Below are positions 39,417 through 49,845 of a stretch of 64,000 nucleotides of DNA, piece by piece; position 1 is the first letter of the stretch; every line of letters begins with the position of its first letter. A program made the position numbers and the translations under genes. The stretch covers positions 70 through 64,069 of the forward strand of contig CAZMNN010000010.1 in NCBI GenBank assembly GCA_964567665.1. Direction: 5' to 3'. The notes below the pieces were generated by a model. The model was not told where the DNA came from, did not search any database, and was given only the letters and a program-made list of their open reading frames with translations. This DNA is from an uncultured Lentisphaeraceae bacterium (GTDB taxonomy: Bacteria; Verrucomicrobiota; Kiritimatiellia; RFP12; UBA1067).

Positions 39417-41579
39417 ATGGGAATTGGTTTTCGGAATGCCGGAATTGCGCTTCGTCTTTCGGTTTGTCTTGCAGGTGTCGCCAGCGGGAGGATGTATGGA
39501 GAACGCATAGACGTATATCCCAATTCCTTTTCTGGCGGATGGGCTTGCGACGTTCAGTTCATGGATGTAGTCGGTTCGCCGTATCTTCTTGCGCATGGTC
39601 TTGGGCATCGCGTCATGGATTCCAGCGCCGCCGTCACTGTTCCTTGCGCCGGCGACTGGCGCGTCTGGGTGCGTACGCGCACATGGGTGGATGCCGGAGA
39701 CGTCAAGCCCAATCCATCCGCCTTCAAGGTCGCTGTCGCCGGGAAGACGCTTGAGCGGACGTTCGGTCTTGGCGGTGATGCGTGGCATTGGGAGGATGGC
39801 GGCATCGTGACGCTTCCGGCCGGGCGTGTTGCCGTTTCGCTCAAGGATCTTTCGGGATTCGATGCCAGATGCGCCGGCATAGTGCTGACCAATGACGGCG
39901 AAAGGCCGGAGGGGGCGCTTTCGATCGCTGACGCGCCTGTCGCAGAGACGGTGTCCGCCGATCTCGTTGTTGTCGGCGGCGGTGTTCCCGGCGTATGCGC
40001 TGCGGTTGCGGCGGCACGGAGCGGACTCAAGGTTGCGCTTGTCCAGGATCGCCCGGTTCTCGGCGGAAACGCCTCGAGCGAGATCCGCGTATGGTGCGCA
40101 GGTGAACTTTGCAACGACATAGTGCGCGAGGTGCGTGGACGTTTCATGAACATGGAGGGGGAGGCGGCTCTCGGCGACGCCTGGCGCAGCCGCTTGGTCG
40201 CGGATGAGACGAACATCGACTGCCGCGTAGGCCACCGTGCATTTGCGGCGGACATGAAGAACGGCTCAATCGCTGTGGTAAGGGCGCTTGATGTCGCAGG
40301 AAACCGTGTGGTGCGATTCACCGCGCCGCTCTTTGTTGATGCGACCGGCGATGGCTGGGTCGGGTACTGGGCCGGTGCGGACTACAGGATGGGACGTGAG
40401 GCCGCTTCGGAGTTTGGCGAGTCGATGGCGCCGGAGAAGGCCGACGCCGATACGCTTGGGGCGTCGTTGATGTGGACAAGCCATCGCGCCGGAACGGACG
40501 AGCCGTTCAGCGCCCCCTGGGCGGAACCGTGGGCGCAGGGCGAGAGCGCCGTCCATGGGGACTGGTTCTGGGAATACGGCATACATCAGGACATGATTCT
40601 TGAGGGCGAAAAGATCCGCGACCGCATACTGCTTGCGATCTACGGTGCATTCTCAAACGCGAAGAAAAATCCGCAGAATGGACGGCAGGTGCTGAGCTTC
40701 GTCCCGTTTCTTCTCGGAAAGCGCGAGAGCCGTCGTCTGATGGGCGATTACGTGTACTCGGAAAGGGACGTCACCGAAAAGCGGGAATTTCCTGATGCGG
40801 TTGCGAAGGGGTCATGGTCTGTGGATCTCCACTACGATACGCGGAAGCCGGGTGTGGATTTCCTCACAGTCTGCAAACAGCCCCATTTCGGAAGGTACTA
40901 CATACCGTACCGTACGCTGTATTCGCGCAACATTCCGAACCTGATGATGTGCGGTCGCTGCTTCAGCGCGACGCACGTGGGGCTTGGCGGACCGCGTGTG
41001 ATCAACACCCTTGCCACGATGGGAGTGGCCGTCGGATATGCGGCGGCATTCTGCCGGGACAAGGGAATCCTGCCGCGTGACGTATACGCCCGTGGACTTG
41101 TCCGCGCCATACAGCGCAAGATTGGCGGCGACTGGCCTGGAAACCCAGACCCGGCCCGTGCGAAATGGAGAATCGTGGACGATGAGGATGCCTCCGTGAC
41201 GTTCGGCGCACATTGGCGGCGCGACTACAACGCAAACGGATGCACCGTGAACGACATGTATTCCACTGCGCCGACAGGCTCCGCGAAGGCGGCCGGCGAT
41301 GCGGTGTATCCGCTTCCGGTCACGGAGAAAGGACGCTATGCGCTGTACCGCAACGTGCCGTTCCTTCCGTGGCGGGCGGTCTCCGGAGAATGTGTCGCGG
41401 AGCTGTCGTCCGGCGGCAAGACGACGGAGCTTAGGTTCCTGCCGCTTGCAGACGTAGGCGAGTGGTCTGAACTCGGCGATTTCGACCTTGAACCGGGCGC
41501 AACGCTCAGGATCATCCCGTCCAGATCGAGAGGATTCCTCGTTGTCGATGCGTTTGCGGTCGTGCCGACCGGCAGATGA
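39417..41579 (+). CDS. FAD-dependent oxidoreductase (FAD_oxidored-like) with carbohydrate-binding-like flanks
   Basis: DLVVVGGGVPGVCAAVAAARSG, QDRPVLGGNASSE, FVDATGDG, GKRESRRLMG, IPYRTLYS; likely ATG 39417. Confidence 0.88.
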   Translation: MGIGFRNAGIALRLSVCLAGVASGRMYGERIDVYPNSFSGGWACDVQFMDVVGSPYLLAHGLGHRVMDSSAAVTVPCAGDWRVWVRTRTWVDAGDVKPNPSAFKVAVAGKTLERTFGLGGDAWHWEDGGIVTLPAGRVAVSLKDLSGFDARCAGIVLTNDGERPEGALSIADAPVAETVSADLVVVGGGVPGVCAAVAAARSGLKVALVQDRPVLGGNASSEIRVWCAGELCNDIVREVRGRFMNMEGEAALGDAWRSRLVADETNIDCRVGHRAFAADMKNGSIAVVRALDVAGNRVVRFTAPLFVDATGDGWVGYWAGADYRMGREAASEFGESMAPEKADADTLGASLMWTSHRAGTDEPFSAPWAEPWAQGESAVHGDWFWEYGIHQDMILEGEKIRDRILLAIYGAFSNAKKNPQNGRQVLSFVPFLLGKRESRRLMGDYVYSERDVTEKREFPDAVAKGSWSVDLHYDTRKPGVDFLTVCKQPHFGRYYIPYRTLYSRNIPNLMMCGRCFSATHVGLGGPRVINTLATMGVAVGYAAAFCRDKGILPRDVYARGLVRAIQRKIGGDWPGNPDPARAKWRIVDDEDASVTFGAHWRRDYNANGCTVNDMYSTAPTGSAKAAGDAVYPLPVTEKGRYALYRNVPFLPWRAVSGECVAELSSGGKTTELRFLPLADVGEWSELGDFDLEPGATLRIIPSRSRGFLVVDAFAVVPTGR

Positions 41580-41593
41580 TGGCGTGAAGTGTG

Positions 41594-41602
41594 TGGTATA
41601 AT
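41594..41602 (+). promoter_or_regulatory. Extended -10, probable leaderless transcript
   Basis: TG-g-TATAAT, 8 nt before ATG 41611. Confidence 0.6.
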
Positions 41603-41610
41603 CACTGACA

Positions 41611-42231
41611 ATGAAAAGCACGACAGAGACGATATTCAACGAATTGTTTGAACGGTATCCCGCGCTTGACAAGTGCCGGGACGATGTGGCGGCGGCGTTC
41701 GAGACGCTGCTTGCCGCGTACAGGGGCGGCGGCAAGGTTCTTGTGTGCGGCAACGGCGGAAGTGCGTCGGACGCCGAGCACATTGTCGGCGAACTGCTGA
41801 AGAAGTTCAAGAAGCATCGCAGCATTCCGTCCGCAGTGGCGGCAAAACTGCGTCCTGAGTTGGCTGAAAGGCTTGAGGGTGCGCTTCCCGCCGTTTCGCT
41901 CGTTTCGATGAGCGGCATCATCACCGCGTTCGCGAACGATGTCGCGTGGGAGACGGCGTTCGCACAGCAGGTTCTTGGACTTGCCCGCGAGGGGGATGCG
42001 CTCATCGCGCTTTCGACAAGCGGCAACAGCGCGAACTGCGTGGCTGCGGCAGAGGTCATGAAGGCTGTCGGCGGCAAAACGGTGGCGTTCACCGGAATGT
42101 GCGAATCAAGGCTCTCCGCCGTGTGCGACGTGGCGATACGTGTGCCTGAGAAGGAGACGTACAAAGTGCAGGAGCTGCATCTCCCCGTGTACCACGCGCT
42201 TTGCGCAATGCTGGAAGAGGAGCTGTTCTAA
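41611..42231 (+). CDS. gmhA: SIS-domain phosphosugar isomerase (GmhA/phosphoheptose isomerase family)
   Basis: CGNGGSASDAEH, ANDVAWETAFAQQV, ALSTSGNS, VQELHLPVYHALC. Confidence 0.8.
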   Translation: MKSTTETIFNELFERYPALDKCRDDVAAAFETLLAAYRGGGKVLVCGNGGSASDAEHIVGELLKKFKKHRSIPSAVAAKLRPELAERLEGALPAVSLVSMSGIITAFANDVAWETAFAQQVLGLAREGDALIALSTSGNSANCVAAAEVMKAVGGKTVAFTGMCESRLSAVCDVAIRVPEKETYKVQELHLPVYHALCAMLEEELF

Positions 42232-42289
42232 TCGGGCTGCGGGCCGGGGTGCGTTGTGCGCCAGGTTTTTCGAAAGGGGGTTGTCGATC

Positions 42290-43195
42290 ATGGACATATC
42301 TGTAGGGCTTGATATCGGCGGCACGAAGTGCGCCATTTCGACGGGCGAGTGCTCGGACGATTCCATAAAGATACTTTCACGGGAGGAGTTCCCTACCGCC
42401 GGCCTCACGTGGCAGCAGGTTCTCGACGAGTTTGAGCGCCGCATTGACGCCATTGTGACGTCCGGCAGCGTTGTGTCTGCGATTGGAATAAGCTGCGGCG
42501 GTCCGCTCGATTCGAAGAGCGGCGTGATTCTCTCGCCGCCGAACCTTCCCGGCTGGGACGAAGTGCCGATCGTCGAGCGTTTCGCGAAGCGTTTCAACGT
42601 GCCGGTGCATCTGCAGAACGACGCCAACGCCTGCGCACTCGCCGAGTACCGCTTTGGGGCGGGGCGCGGAACGCGGAACATGGTGTTCATGACGTTCGGC
42701 ACCGGCCTCGGCGCGGGAATCGTGATCGACGGCAGGCTCTACTCCGGCACGAACGACAACGCCGGGGAAATCGGACACATCCGCCTTGCGCCATCCGGTC
42801 CCATCGGATACAACAAGGAGGGAAGCGCGGAAGGGTTCTGCTCCGGGGCCGGCATCGCCCGGCTCGCCAAAATCCGCAAGGGGTTGGACATAACCGCCAA
42901 GGAGCTGTTTTCCCGCGTCCGTGCAGGTGATCCGGACTGCACGGAGGTTTTTGTGGAATCGGCGGAGAAGCTTGCGACCATCCTTGCGTTCACGATCGAC
43001 ATACTCAATCCGGAGGTCATAGCGCTTGGTGGGGTGTTCATGCGCAATGCAGACCTCTTCATGAAGATTGTGGATCCGATCCTTGACCGCGAGGCTCTGC
43101 CGCTTGCACGGAAGGTGTGCCGCATCGTCCCCGCCGGGCTTGGCGAGTCTGTCGGCGACTATGCGGCCCTTGCCGTCGCCGGAATGGATTCCTGA
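42290..43195 (+). CDS. ROK family sugar kinase
   Basis: GLDIGGTK, GISCGGPLD, LQNDANACALAE, TFGTGLGAG, GEIGH. Confidence 0.92.
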   Translation: MDISVGLDIGGTKCAISTGECSDDSIKILSREEFPTAGLTWQQVLDEFERRIDAIVTSGSVVSAIGISCGGPLDSKSGVILSPPNLPGWDEVPIVERFAKRFNVPVHLQNDANACALAEYRFGAGRGTRNMVFMTFGTGLGAGIVIDGRLYSGTNDNAGEIGHIRLAPSGPIGYNKEGSAEGFCSGAGIARLAKIRKGLDITAKELFSRVRAGDPDCTEVFVESAEKLATILAFTIDILNPEVIALGGVFMRNADLFMKIVDPILDREALPLARKVCRIVPAGLGESVGDYAALAVAGMDS

Positions 43196-43213
43196 CGTGG
43201 CGGAGTGTGTTCC

Positions 43214-43837
43214 ATGCATCAACGAATCGCTCTCACGGGCGGCATAGCCAGCGGAAAGTCACTTCTCGCGAAGTTCCTGAACGAGCTTGGCGTAGAGACG
43301 CTTGACGCAGACGATGTCGCCCATGAGCTTGTGCCGCCGGAGGAGCGGAGAAGGATCGCCGACGAAGTGTTTGCGTCTCCGGAGAAGCGCAAGGCCCTTG
43401 AGGCGAGGCTGCATCCCGTGATACGCGACCGGCTGTCGCGCTTTTCGTCGTCAGGGTGCGGCGGGTTGAGGATTGAAATAATACCGCTTCTTTTTGAGTG
43501 TCATTGGGAGACGGATTATGATATAATCCTTTGCGTTTTTTCCCCTCGCAGACTACAGGTCGAAAGAATGACCGCCTTGCGGGGATATACGGAAGAACAG
43601 GCCGAAGCGCGTCTCGCGGCGCAACTCCCCGCAGAGGAGAAGGCGGCTCGCTCCGATTACGTGATCGTGAACGACGGCTCGGTCGACAACCTCAAGATTG
43701 AAGCCAAGAAATTGGTTGAATGGCTGAAAGGCGAACATAATGGCAGAAGAAGCAGAGAAGACGGCTGGCGAGCCTGTACAGGCGAAGAGCGCAAGGCCGA
43801 GAAGGGCGTGTGCACCCAAGAAGGGGCAGTCGGCTGA
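43214..43837 (+). CDS. coaE: Dephospho-CoA kinase
   Basis: IALTGGIASGKS, LDADDVAH, LHPVI, IPLLFE, RLAAQLPAEEK...SDYVIVNDG. Confidence 0.92.
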   Translation: MHQRIALTGGIASGKSLLAKFLNELGVETLDADDVAHELVPPEERRRIADEVFASPEKRKALEARLHPVIRDRLSRFSSSGCGGLRIEIIPLLFECHWETDYDIILCVFSPRRLQVERMTALRGYTEEQAEARLAAQLPAEEKAARSDYVIVNDGSVDNLKIEAKKLVEWLKGEHNGRRSREDGWRACTGEERKAEKGVCTQEGAVG

Positions 43838-45413
43838 GAACGGCGCAGAGGTGGAGGCCGTCCAGCAGGAGCCGGCGCCGAAAGCGGCTGATGACGCACC
43901 GCAGGCCGCCGCCGAGGATTCCGTTCCGCAGAATTTGCAGCAGGGGGATTCCTCCCAGTCTCGGCAGAGTCAGCCGAACGGAGCGTCTGTCCAGGCACAG
44001 GGACAGAGGCAGGGGCCGCAGCAGTCCGGAAACATGAGCCGCAAGCAGCGTTGGATGCAGCAGCGCATGATGAGGCAGCACGGCAGGAACGGCGGCGCCG
44101 CGTCCGGACAGCAGCCGCAGCAGCAGGTTCCGCGCAACCCGGATCTTCCCGAACACAAGCTTGCCGACATCCATTCATGGGACAACGCCACAATCATCGC
44201 GAAGCTGTGGCCGGACGCGAACGCTGAGGATCTTGGCGCGATGAAGCGCCACGAAATCATCTTCAACGCCATCCGCAGCTATCTGGCGAGGGGCGGAGCG
44301 GTTCTTGCGAGCGGATGCCTTGAGATCGTGCGTGAAGGCTACGGCTATCTGCGTAGCGCCAAGACGAACTTCCTGTCGTGTCCGGAGGACGTGTTCGTGC
44401 CGCAGCAGCAGATACGCAGACATATGCTGCGTCCGGGCGACATGGTTGAGGGGCCATTGCGCGATCCCCGCGACCGGGACCGCTACTTCGGGCTTGGCGG
44501 CGTGATGACGGTGAACGGCAAGACGCCGAGCGAGGCCGCCCGCATAGTCCACTTCGAGAACCTTGTGCCGACGTTCCCGACGCGCCGCATAGTGCTTGAG
44601 ACCACGCCGAACGAGTACTCCACGCGCATTGTCGACCTTTTCACTCCGATAGGGTTCGGACAGCGCGGAATCATCGTGGCGCCTCCACGCGTCGGCAAGA
44701 CCGTGCTTCTGCAGAAGATGGCGAACGCCATTACGGCCAACCATCCGGAGGCCATGCTCATCGTGCTGCTCATTGACGAGCGGCCTGAGGAGGTCACGGA
44801 CATGCAGCGCAACACGAAGGCGATGGTTCTCTCTTCGACGTTCGACGAAGAGCCTCAGCATCACGTCAACGTCGCGGAGATGACAGGCGAGATGGCGCGT
44901 CGGCAGGTCGAAAACGGTCGCGACGTAGTGATCCTGCTCGACTCCATCACGCGTCTGGCACGTGCGTACAACACCGTCCAGCCGCATTCCGGCAAGATAC
45001 TGACGGGCGGCGTTGATGCACTTGCGCTCCACAGGCCGAAGCGCTTTTTCGGATCCGCCCGCAACATCGAGGGCGGCGGATCGCTCACGATTCTTGCGAC
45101 CGCTCTCATAGACACCGGATCGCGCATGGACGAGGTCATCTTCGAGGAGTTCAAGGGAACAGGCAACATGGAGCTTGTGCTTGACCGTGGTCTTGCGGAT
45201 AAGCGCATCTTCCCGGCGATCGACATCGAGAAGTCCGGAACCCGCAAGGAGGATCTGCTGCTTGACCCGATGGAACTTGAGAAGACCTGGGCGCTTCGCC
45301 GCGTTCTTACGGATGCCGGTCCGGAGCGCGCCATGCAGAGTGTGCTGAACGGCATGAGGAAGATCAAGACGAACCCCGCATTCCTGCTTTCGCTTGACCT
45401 GAAGAATCTGTAG
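43740..45413 (+). CDS. rho: Transcription termination factor Rho with long low-complexity N-terminal extension
   Basis: EGYGYLR, PIGFGQRGIIVAPPRVGKT, LIDERPEEVTDM, LDSITRLARAYN, FKGTGNMELVL. Confidence 0.97.
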   Translation: MAEEAEKTAGEPVQAKSARPRRACAPKKGQSAENGAEVEAVQQEPAPKAADDAPQAAAEDSVPQNLQQGDSSQSRQSQPNGASVQAQGQRQGPQQSGNMSRKQRWMQQRMMRQHGRNGGAASGQQPQQQVPRNPDLPEHKLADIHSWDNATIIAKLWPDANAEDLGAMKRHEIIFNAIRSYLARGGAVLASGCLEIVREGYGYLRSAKTNFLSCPEDVFVPQQQIRRHMLRPGDMVEGPLRDPRDRDRYFGLGGVMTVNGKTPSEAARIVHFENLVPTFPTRRIVLETTPNEYSTRIVDLFTPIGFGQRGIIVAPPRVGKTVLLQKMANAITANHPEAMLIVLLIDERPEEVTDMQRNTKAMVLSSTFDEEPQHHVNVAEMTGEMARRQVENGRDVVILLDSITRLARAYNTVQPHSGKILTGGVDALALHRPKRFFGSARNIEGGGSLTILATALIDTGSRMDEVIFEEFKGTGNMELVLDRGLADKRIFPAIDIEKSGTRKEDLLLDPMELEKTWALRRVLTDAGPERAMQSVLNGMRKIKTNPAFLLSLDLKNL

Positions 45414-45537
45414 GAGAGAGTTGGTAGATGGTAGTGAGTAGTTGGCAGTATGCGTTTCACCATCTGTCTACCAACTGCCCCCTACCCTCTACGCCAGCAC
45501 ACCTACCCTCTGCCCACTACCAACTATCCACTACTCC
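45407..45537. repeat. Inverted heptamer tandem arrays (NNGGTAG units then CTACCNN units)
   Basis: tctgtag gagagag ttggtag atggtag tgagtag ttggcag (45407-45448); ctaccaa ctgcccc ctaccct ctacgcc agcacac ctaccct ctgccca ctaccaa ctatcca ctactcc (45468-45537). Confidence 0.85.
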
Positions 45538-45541
45538 CATC

Positions 45542-48322
45542 ATGGGTGACATTGAGATATACGGTGCGCGTCAGCACAACCTCAGGAACATAGACGTCAC
45601 GATTCCGCGCAATTCGCTCACCGTCGTGACCGGTCTATCCGGCAGCGGAAAGAGCTCACTTGCGTTCGATACGCTGTATGCGGAGGGACAGCGGCGTTAT
45701 GTCGAGTCGCTGAGTGCGTATGCGCGGCAGTTTCTCGATCAGATGGAGAAGCCGGATGTCGAGAGGATTGAGGGGCTGTCTCCGGCCATCGCGATCGAAC
45801 AGCGGACGACCGGCGGCAATCCTCGCTCCATCGTGGCAACCGTCACCGAGATCCACGACTACCTTCGTCTGCTGTATGGGAGCATAGGCGTAGCGCACTG
45901 CCCGAAGTGCGGGCGAGAGGTGGTGCGCCAGTCCGCCGAGCAGATCGTTGAATCCATAATTGCGCTTGCCGCGCCCGGCGAGTCCATGAAGCTCATCCTG
46001 TATGCGCCTGTCGTGAAGGGCAAGAAGGGCAGGCACGAGGACACTCTCGGAGAGATAAAGCGTCAGGGCTTCGCCCGTGTTCGCATCGACGGTGTGACGT
46101 ATCCGGTGGACGAGCTGCCGGAGATCGACAAGAAGAAAAGCCACAGCATCGATGTCGTGGTGGATCGTCTGGCGCTGCCGTGCGACCGCACACGTCTTAC
46201 GGATTCCGTGGAGCTTGGGCTGAAGGCAGGGCGCGGCGTGATATACGCCGAGCCTGTCGGCGGCGAGCAGAAGGTGTATTCCGAGCTGAACGCCTGTCAG
46301 GCCTGCGGCATTTCGTTCGATGAGCTGAAGCCGCGCTCGTTCTCGTTCAACTCTCCGTTCGGGGCGTGTCCGGACTGCGGCGGGCTTGGCGCAATCTACT
46401 ACTTCGACGAGGATCTTGTCGTGCCGGACAAGTCTCTGCCGCTTCGCGAGTGCATCCATCCCTGGCGGAGGGCCGGGCACAACGCGATCATGTACTACAA
46501 CGCGCTGCTTGAGCACATCGCAAAGCAGTACGGGGTGCAGCTCTCCACGCCGTACGAAAAACTCCCGCCGGCGTTCCGCAGGAAGCTGATGCACGGATTC
46601 GACGACAATCTCGTGCTGCCGTGGCGCAGCGTCGACAAGCCGTTCGAAGGTGTGCTTGCCACGCTTCAGCGGCGTCTTGATGAAGCGGAGGATGACGAGC
46701 ACCGGGCGAAGCTTGAGATGTACCAAAGCGAAAGGCAGTGTCCATCATGCCACGGTACGCGCTTGCGCGAGGAATCCCGCGCCGTGACCGTGTCCGGCAA
46801 GACCATCGTGGATGTGATGGGCTTGAGCGTCAAGGACTGCCTTGCGCACTTCGACGGGCTGTCCCTGCCGGCTGAGATGAAGGACGTCCACAGGGAGATA
46901 GTCAAGCGCCTTCGCTTTCTCGACGATGTGGGTCTCGACTACCTCACTCTCGACCGTCCGAGCGCAACGCTCTCCGGCGGCGAGATGCAGCGCATCCGTC
47001 TTGCCACGCAGATAGGGAGCGGTCTGACAGGCGTGATGTACGTACTGGACGAGCCGACCATCGGACTTCACCCGCGTGACAACGAACGTCTCATCTCGAC
47101 GCTGAAGGGGCTTCGCGACAAAGGCAACACGGTGGTGATCGTGGAGCATGACGAGGAGATGATGCGAACGGCGGACTACATCATCGACCTCGGGCCTGGC
47201 GCCGGAAGAAACGGCGGCAGACTGATGTACCAAGGCGATTTCGCAGGTCTTCTGAAGTGCGGCTCCCTCACCGCTGACTACCTTTCCGGACGCAAGCGGA
47301 TCGAGCCGGCGCAGACCGGAAACGTACCGAAGCGCACCGGCGGCAAATTCCTCTCCATATCCGGCTGCACGGAACACAACCTCAAGAACATATCGGTGCA
47401 CATACCGCTTGGGACGTTCACTGTAGTGACCGGCGTTTCTGGATCCGGCAAGTCAACGCTGATAGACGAGACGCTCAAGCGCGAACTGATGCGCCGCCTC
47501 TACCGCTCAAAGGCGAAGCCCGGCAGGTTCAAGAGGCTTTCCGGCATTGAGAACATAGACAAGGTGATAGAGATCGACCAGTCGCCCATAGGGCGTACGC
47601 CGCGCTCGAATCCCGCTACGTACGTCGGATTCTTCTCCGACATACGCGAACTGTTCGCACAGACGGAGGGTGCGAGGGCGCGAGGATATGCGCCCGGCAG
47701 ATTCAGCTTCAACGTGAAGGGCGGACGCTGCGAGACGTGCGGCGGCGACGGAGTGCGCAAGCTTGAGATGAGCTTTCTGCCTGACATCTACGTCACCTGC
47801 GAGCAGTGTGGCGGCCGTAGGTTCAACAAGGAGACGCTTGAGGTCCGCTATGGCGGCAAGAACATCGCGGATGTGCTTGACATGACCGTTGACGAGGCGT
47901 GTGAGTTCTTTGCTAAGGTGCCGCGCCTTGCCGGGAAGCTCCGGACGCTTTCAGACGTAGGGCTTGGCTATCTTGGTCTTGGGCAGCCCGCCACGACGCT
48001 CTCTGGCGGCGAGGCGCAGCGCATCAAGCTTGCGACGGAGCTGTCCCGCCGCTCGACAGGACGCACCCTCTATCTTCTCGACGAACCGACCACCGGGCTG
48101 CACTTCGACGACATATCGAAGCTGATGGAGCTTCTTCTCAAGCTTCGCGATGCCGGAAACACTGTCGTGGTGATCGAACACAATGTGGACGTGATGAGAT
48201 GCGCAGACTGGATAATCGACCTCGGCCCCGGTGGCGGAGACATGGGCGGCAACCTTGTGTGCGAAGGCCCGCCGTCTGCGGTGAAGGCCTGCAAGGACTC
48301 CGTCACAGGACGCTTCCTGTAG
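45542..48322 (+). CDS. uvrA: Excinuclease ABC subunit A
   Basis: [43 protein letters not shown], second ABC cassette GVSGSGKST and [12 protein letters not shown]; start ATG 45542. Confidence 0.98.
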   Translation: MGDIEIYGARQHNLRNIDVTIPRNSLTVVTGLSGSGKSSLAFDTLYAEGQRRYVESLSAYARQFLDQMEKPDVERIEGLSPAIAIEQRTTGGNPRSIVATVTEIHDYLRLLYGSIGVAHCPKCGREVVRQSAEQIVESIIALAAPGESMKLILYAPVVKGKKGRHEDTLGEIKRQGFARVRIDGVTYPVDELPEIDKKKSHSIDVVVDRLALPCDRTRLTDSVELGLKAGRGVIYAEPVGGEQKVYSELNACQACGISFDELKPRSFSFNSPFGACPDCGGLGAIYYFDEDLVVPDKSLPLRECIHPWRRAGHNAIMYYNALLEHIAKQYGVQLSTPYEKLPPAFRRKLMHGFDDNLVLPWRSVDKPFEGVLATLQRRLDEAEDDEHRAKLEMYQSERQCPSCHGTRLREESRAVTVSGKTIVDVMGLSVKDCLAHFDGLSLPAEMKDVHREIVKRLRFLDDVGLDYLTLDRPSATLSGGEMQRIRLATQIGSGLTGVMYVLDEPTIGLHPRDNERLISTLKGLRDKGNTVVIVEHDEEMMRTADYIIDLGPGAGRNGGRLMYQGDFAGLLKCGSLTADYLSGRKRIEPAQTGNVPKRTGGKFLSISGCTEHNLKNISVHIPLGTFTVVTGVSGSGKSTLIDETLKRELMRRLYRSKAKPGRFKRLSGIENIDKVIEIDQSPIGRTPRSNPATYVGFFSDIRELFAQTEGARARGYAPGRFSFNVKGGRCETCGGDGVRKLEMSFLPDIYVTCEQCGGRRFNKETLEVRYGGKNIADVLDMTVDEACEFFAKVPRLAGKLRTLSDVGLGYLGLGQPATTLSGGEAQRIKLATELSRRSTGRTLYLLDEPTTGLHFDDISKLMELLLKLRDAGNTVVVIEHNVDVMRCADWIIDLGPGGGDMGGNLVCEGPPSAVKACKDSVTGRFL

Positions 48323-48410
48323 TGTGGAGATGTCAGGCAGGATGCGCCGGTTGCGGCTGTGCGCTGATGGATGTCCAAAGCAGGATGCTCAGGGTTGAGA
48401 GGTGCGGCAT

Positions 48411-49697
48411 ATGAACATTGAGGCGGCGTTGGAGAGTTGTGCACGGTTCGGCGTAAGACCGGGGCTTGATCCGATACGGGCTGCCTGCGCAGAAATGGGC
48501 GATCCGCAGGAGACGCTGCGCGTGATACACGTCGCCGGGACAAACGGCAAGGGTGCGGTGTGTGCGTTGATCGATTCGGCTCTGCGTGCTGCGGGCTTTC
48601 GCACCGGACGCTACACCAGTCCCCATATAGTCAACCTTAACGAGCGTTTCTTCCTCAACGGTGCGCCGGCTTCGGACGAAGCGATAGATGCGGCATTCTC
48701 AGCAGTGAAGCGTTCAGGAGAGTTGACGTACTTTGAACTTCTGACGGCGACGGCGTTTGAACTGTACAGGCGTGAAGGCGTCGATTTTCTGATTCTTGAA
48801 ACAGGCCTTGGCGGAAAGCTCGATGCAACAAACATCGTCAAGTCCCCGGCGGTTTCCGTGATAACCCGCATAGGTCTGGATCACTGCGGACTGCTTGGGA
48901 ACACGGTTGCGGAGATAGCCGCAGAAAAGGGTGGCATCATCAAGCAGTCCGTCCCGGTTGTCCTTGGCGCGATGCCGGATGAGTCGCGGGTTGTGCTTGA
49001 GCGGATCGCCGCGAGATGCGGTTCGCGGTGCATCCATGCGCCATCCGTTGTGTCGGTCGGCGAGACCGACGGAACGTCATGTGCCGAGAAGGGGCTTTCG
49101 GCGGCTTTGTCGAGCCTTGCCCTTGGGGGGCGGTTCAACCGTGAGAACGCCGCGACTGCGTATGCCGCATTGAAGACGCTTGGAGTTGCGGACGATGCGA
49201 TACAGCGTGGTTTTGCGTCCGTCGCGTGGCCCGGACGCTACCAGCAGATTGAAAACGGCGGAAAGCGATTCCTGGTTGACGGTGCGCACAATCCGCCGGC
49301 CATGCGGGCACTTGTCGATTCTCTGAAGGCGGAACGCACGGGCGGAACCGGATTTCCGTTTGGAGGAACTGCGATTTGCGGATTCTGCGGCGACAAGGAT
49401 GTTGCGGCCACTTTGGAGATTCTGCATGAGATTGCGGATGCGGGCATTGCGGTGCCGATACGCAATCCGAGATCGATGTCGCCCGATGATGTTGCGGCTA
49501 TGATGTGCAAGGCGGGATTTGCCGGTGTGCGCCCGTGCCGCTCCGTGCAGGAGGCGCTTCGCGCTGCGCCAGACGGTACGCTTGTGTGCGGATCGCTTTT
49601 CCTTGCTGGCGAAGCTCTTGAGGCGCTTGGTGCGCTTCCCGCCGCAAGGCATGGCTTCACTCCCAACGAATCGTTCAGTCGGACGGTTGCGGACTGA
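48411..49697 (+). CDS. folC: Folylpolyglutamate synthase/dihydrofolate synthase
   Basis: IHVAGTNGKG, YTSPH, LETGLGGKLDATN, IGLDH, WPGR, DGAHNP. Confidence 0.95.
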   Translation: MNIEAALESCARFGVRPGLDPIRAACAEMGDPQETLRVIHVAGTNGKGAVCALIDSALRAAGFRTGRYTSPHIVNLNERFFLNGAPASDEAIDAAFSAVKRSGELTYFELLTATAFELYRREGVDFLILETGLGGKLDATNIVKSPAVSVITRIGLDHCGLLGNTVAEIAAEKGGIIKQSVPVVLGAMPDESRVVLERIAARCGSRCIHAPSVVSVGETDGTSCAEKGLSAALSSLALGGRFNRENAATAYAALKTLGVADDAIQRGFASVAWPGRYQQIENGGKRFLVDGAHNPPAMRALVDSLKAERTGGTGFPFGGTAICGFCGDKDVAATLEILHEIADAGIAVPIRNPRSMSPDDVAAMMCKAGFAGVRPCRSVQEALRAAPDGTLVCGSLFLAGEALEALGALPAARHGFTPNESFSRTVAD

Positions 49698-49720
49698 GGA
49701 CGATGAATTCATCTACCCTA

Positions 49721-49747
49721 TTGAAAAAAAAATCAATATGGTATATT
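49721..49747 (+). promoter_or_regulatory. Putative promoter with A9 tract (49724-49732)
   Basis: TTGAAA, 15-nt spacer, TG-g-TATATT; perfect palindrome GATGAATTCATC at 49702-49713 just upstream. Confidence 0.55.
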
Positions 49748-49845
49748 CATCGCCGTTTTCACGGTTGTTCTGCTTGCTCGACAAGTGCGGTGCTGGATGA
49801 ACTGAACGTGAAGCGCTTATGTCCACAAGTCACGGAGAGATTGTA

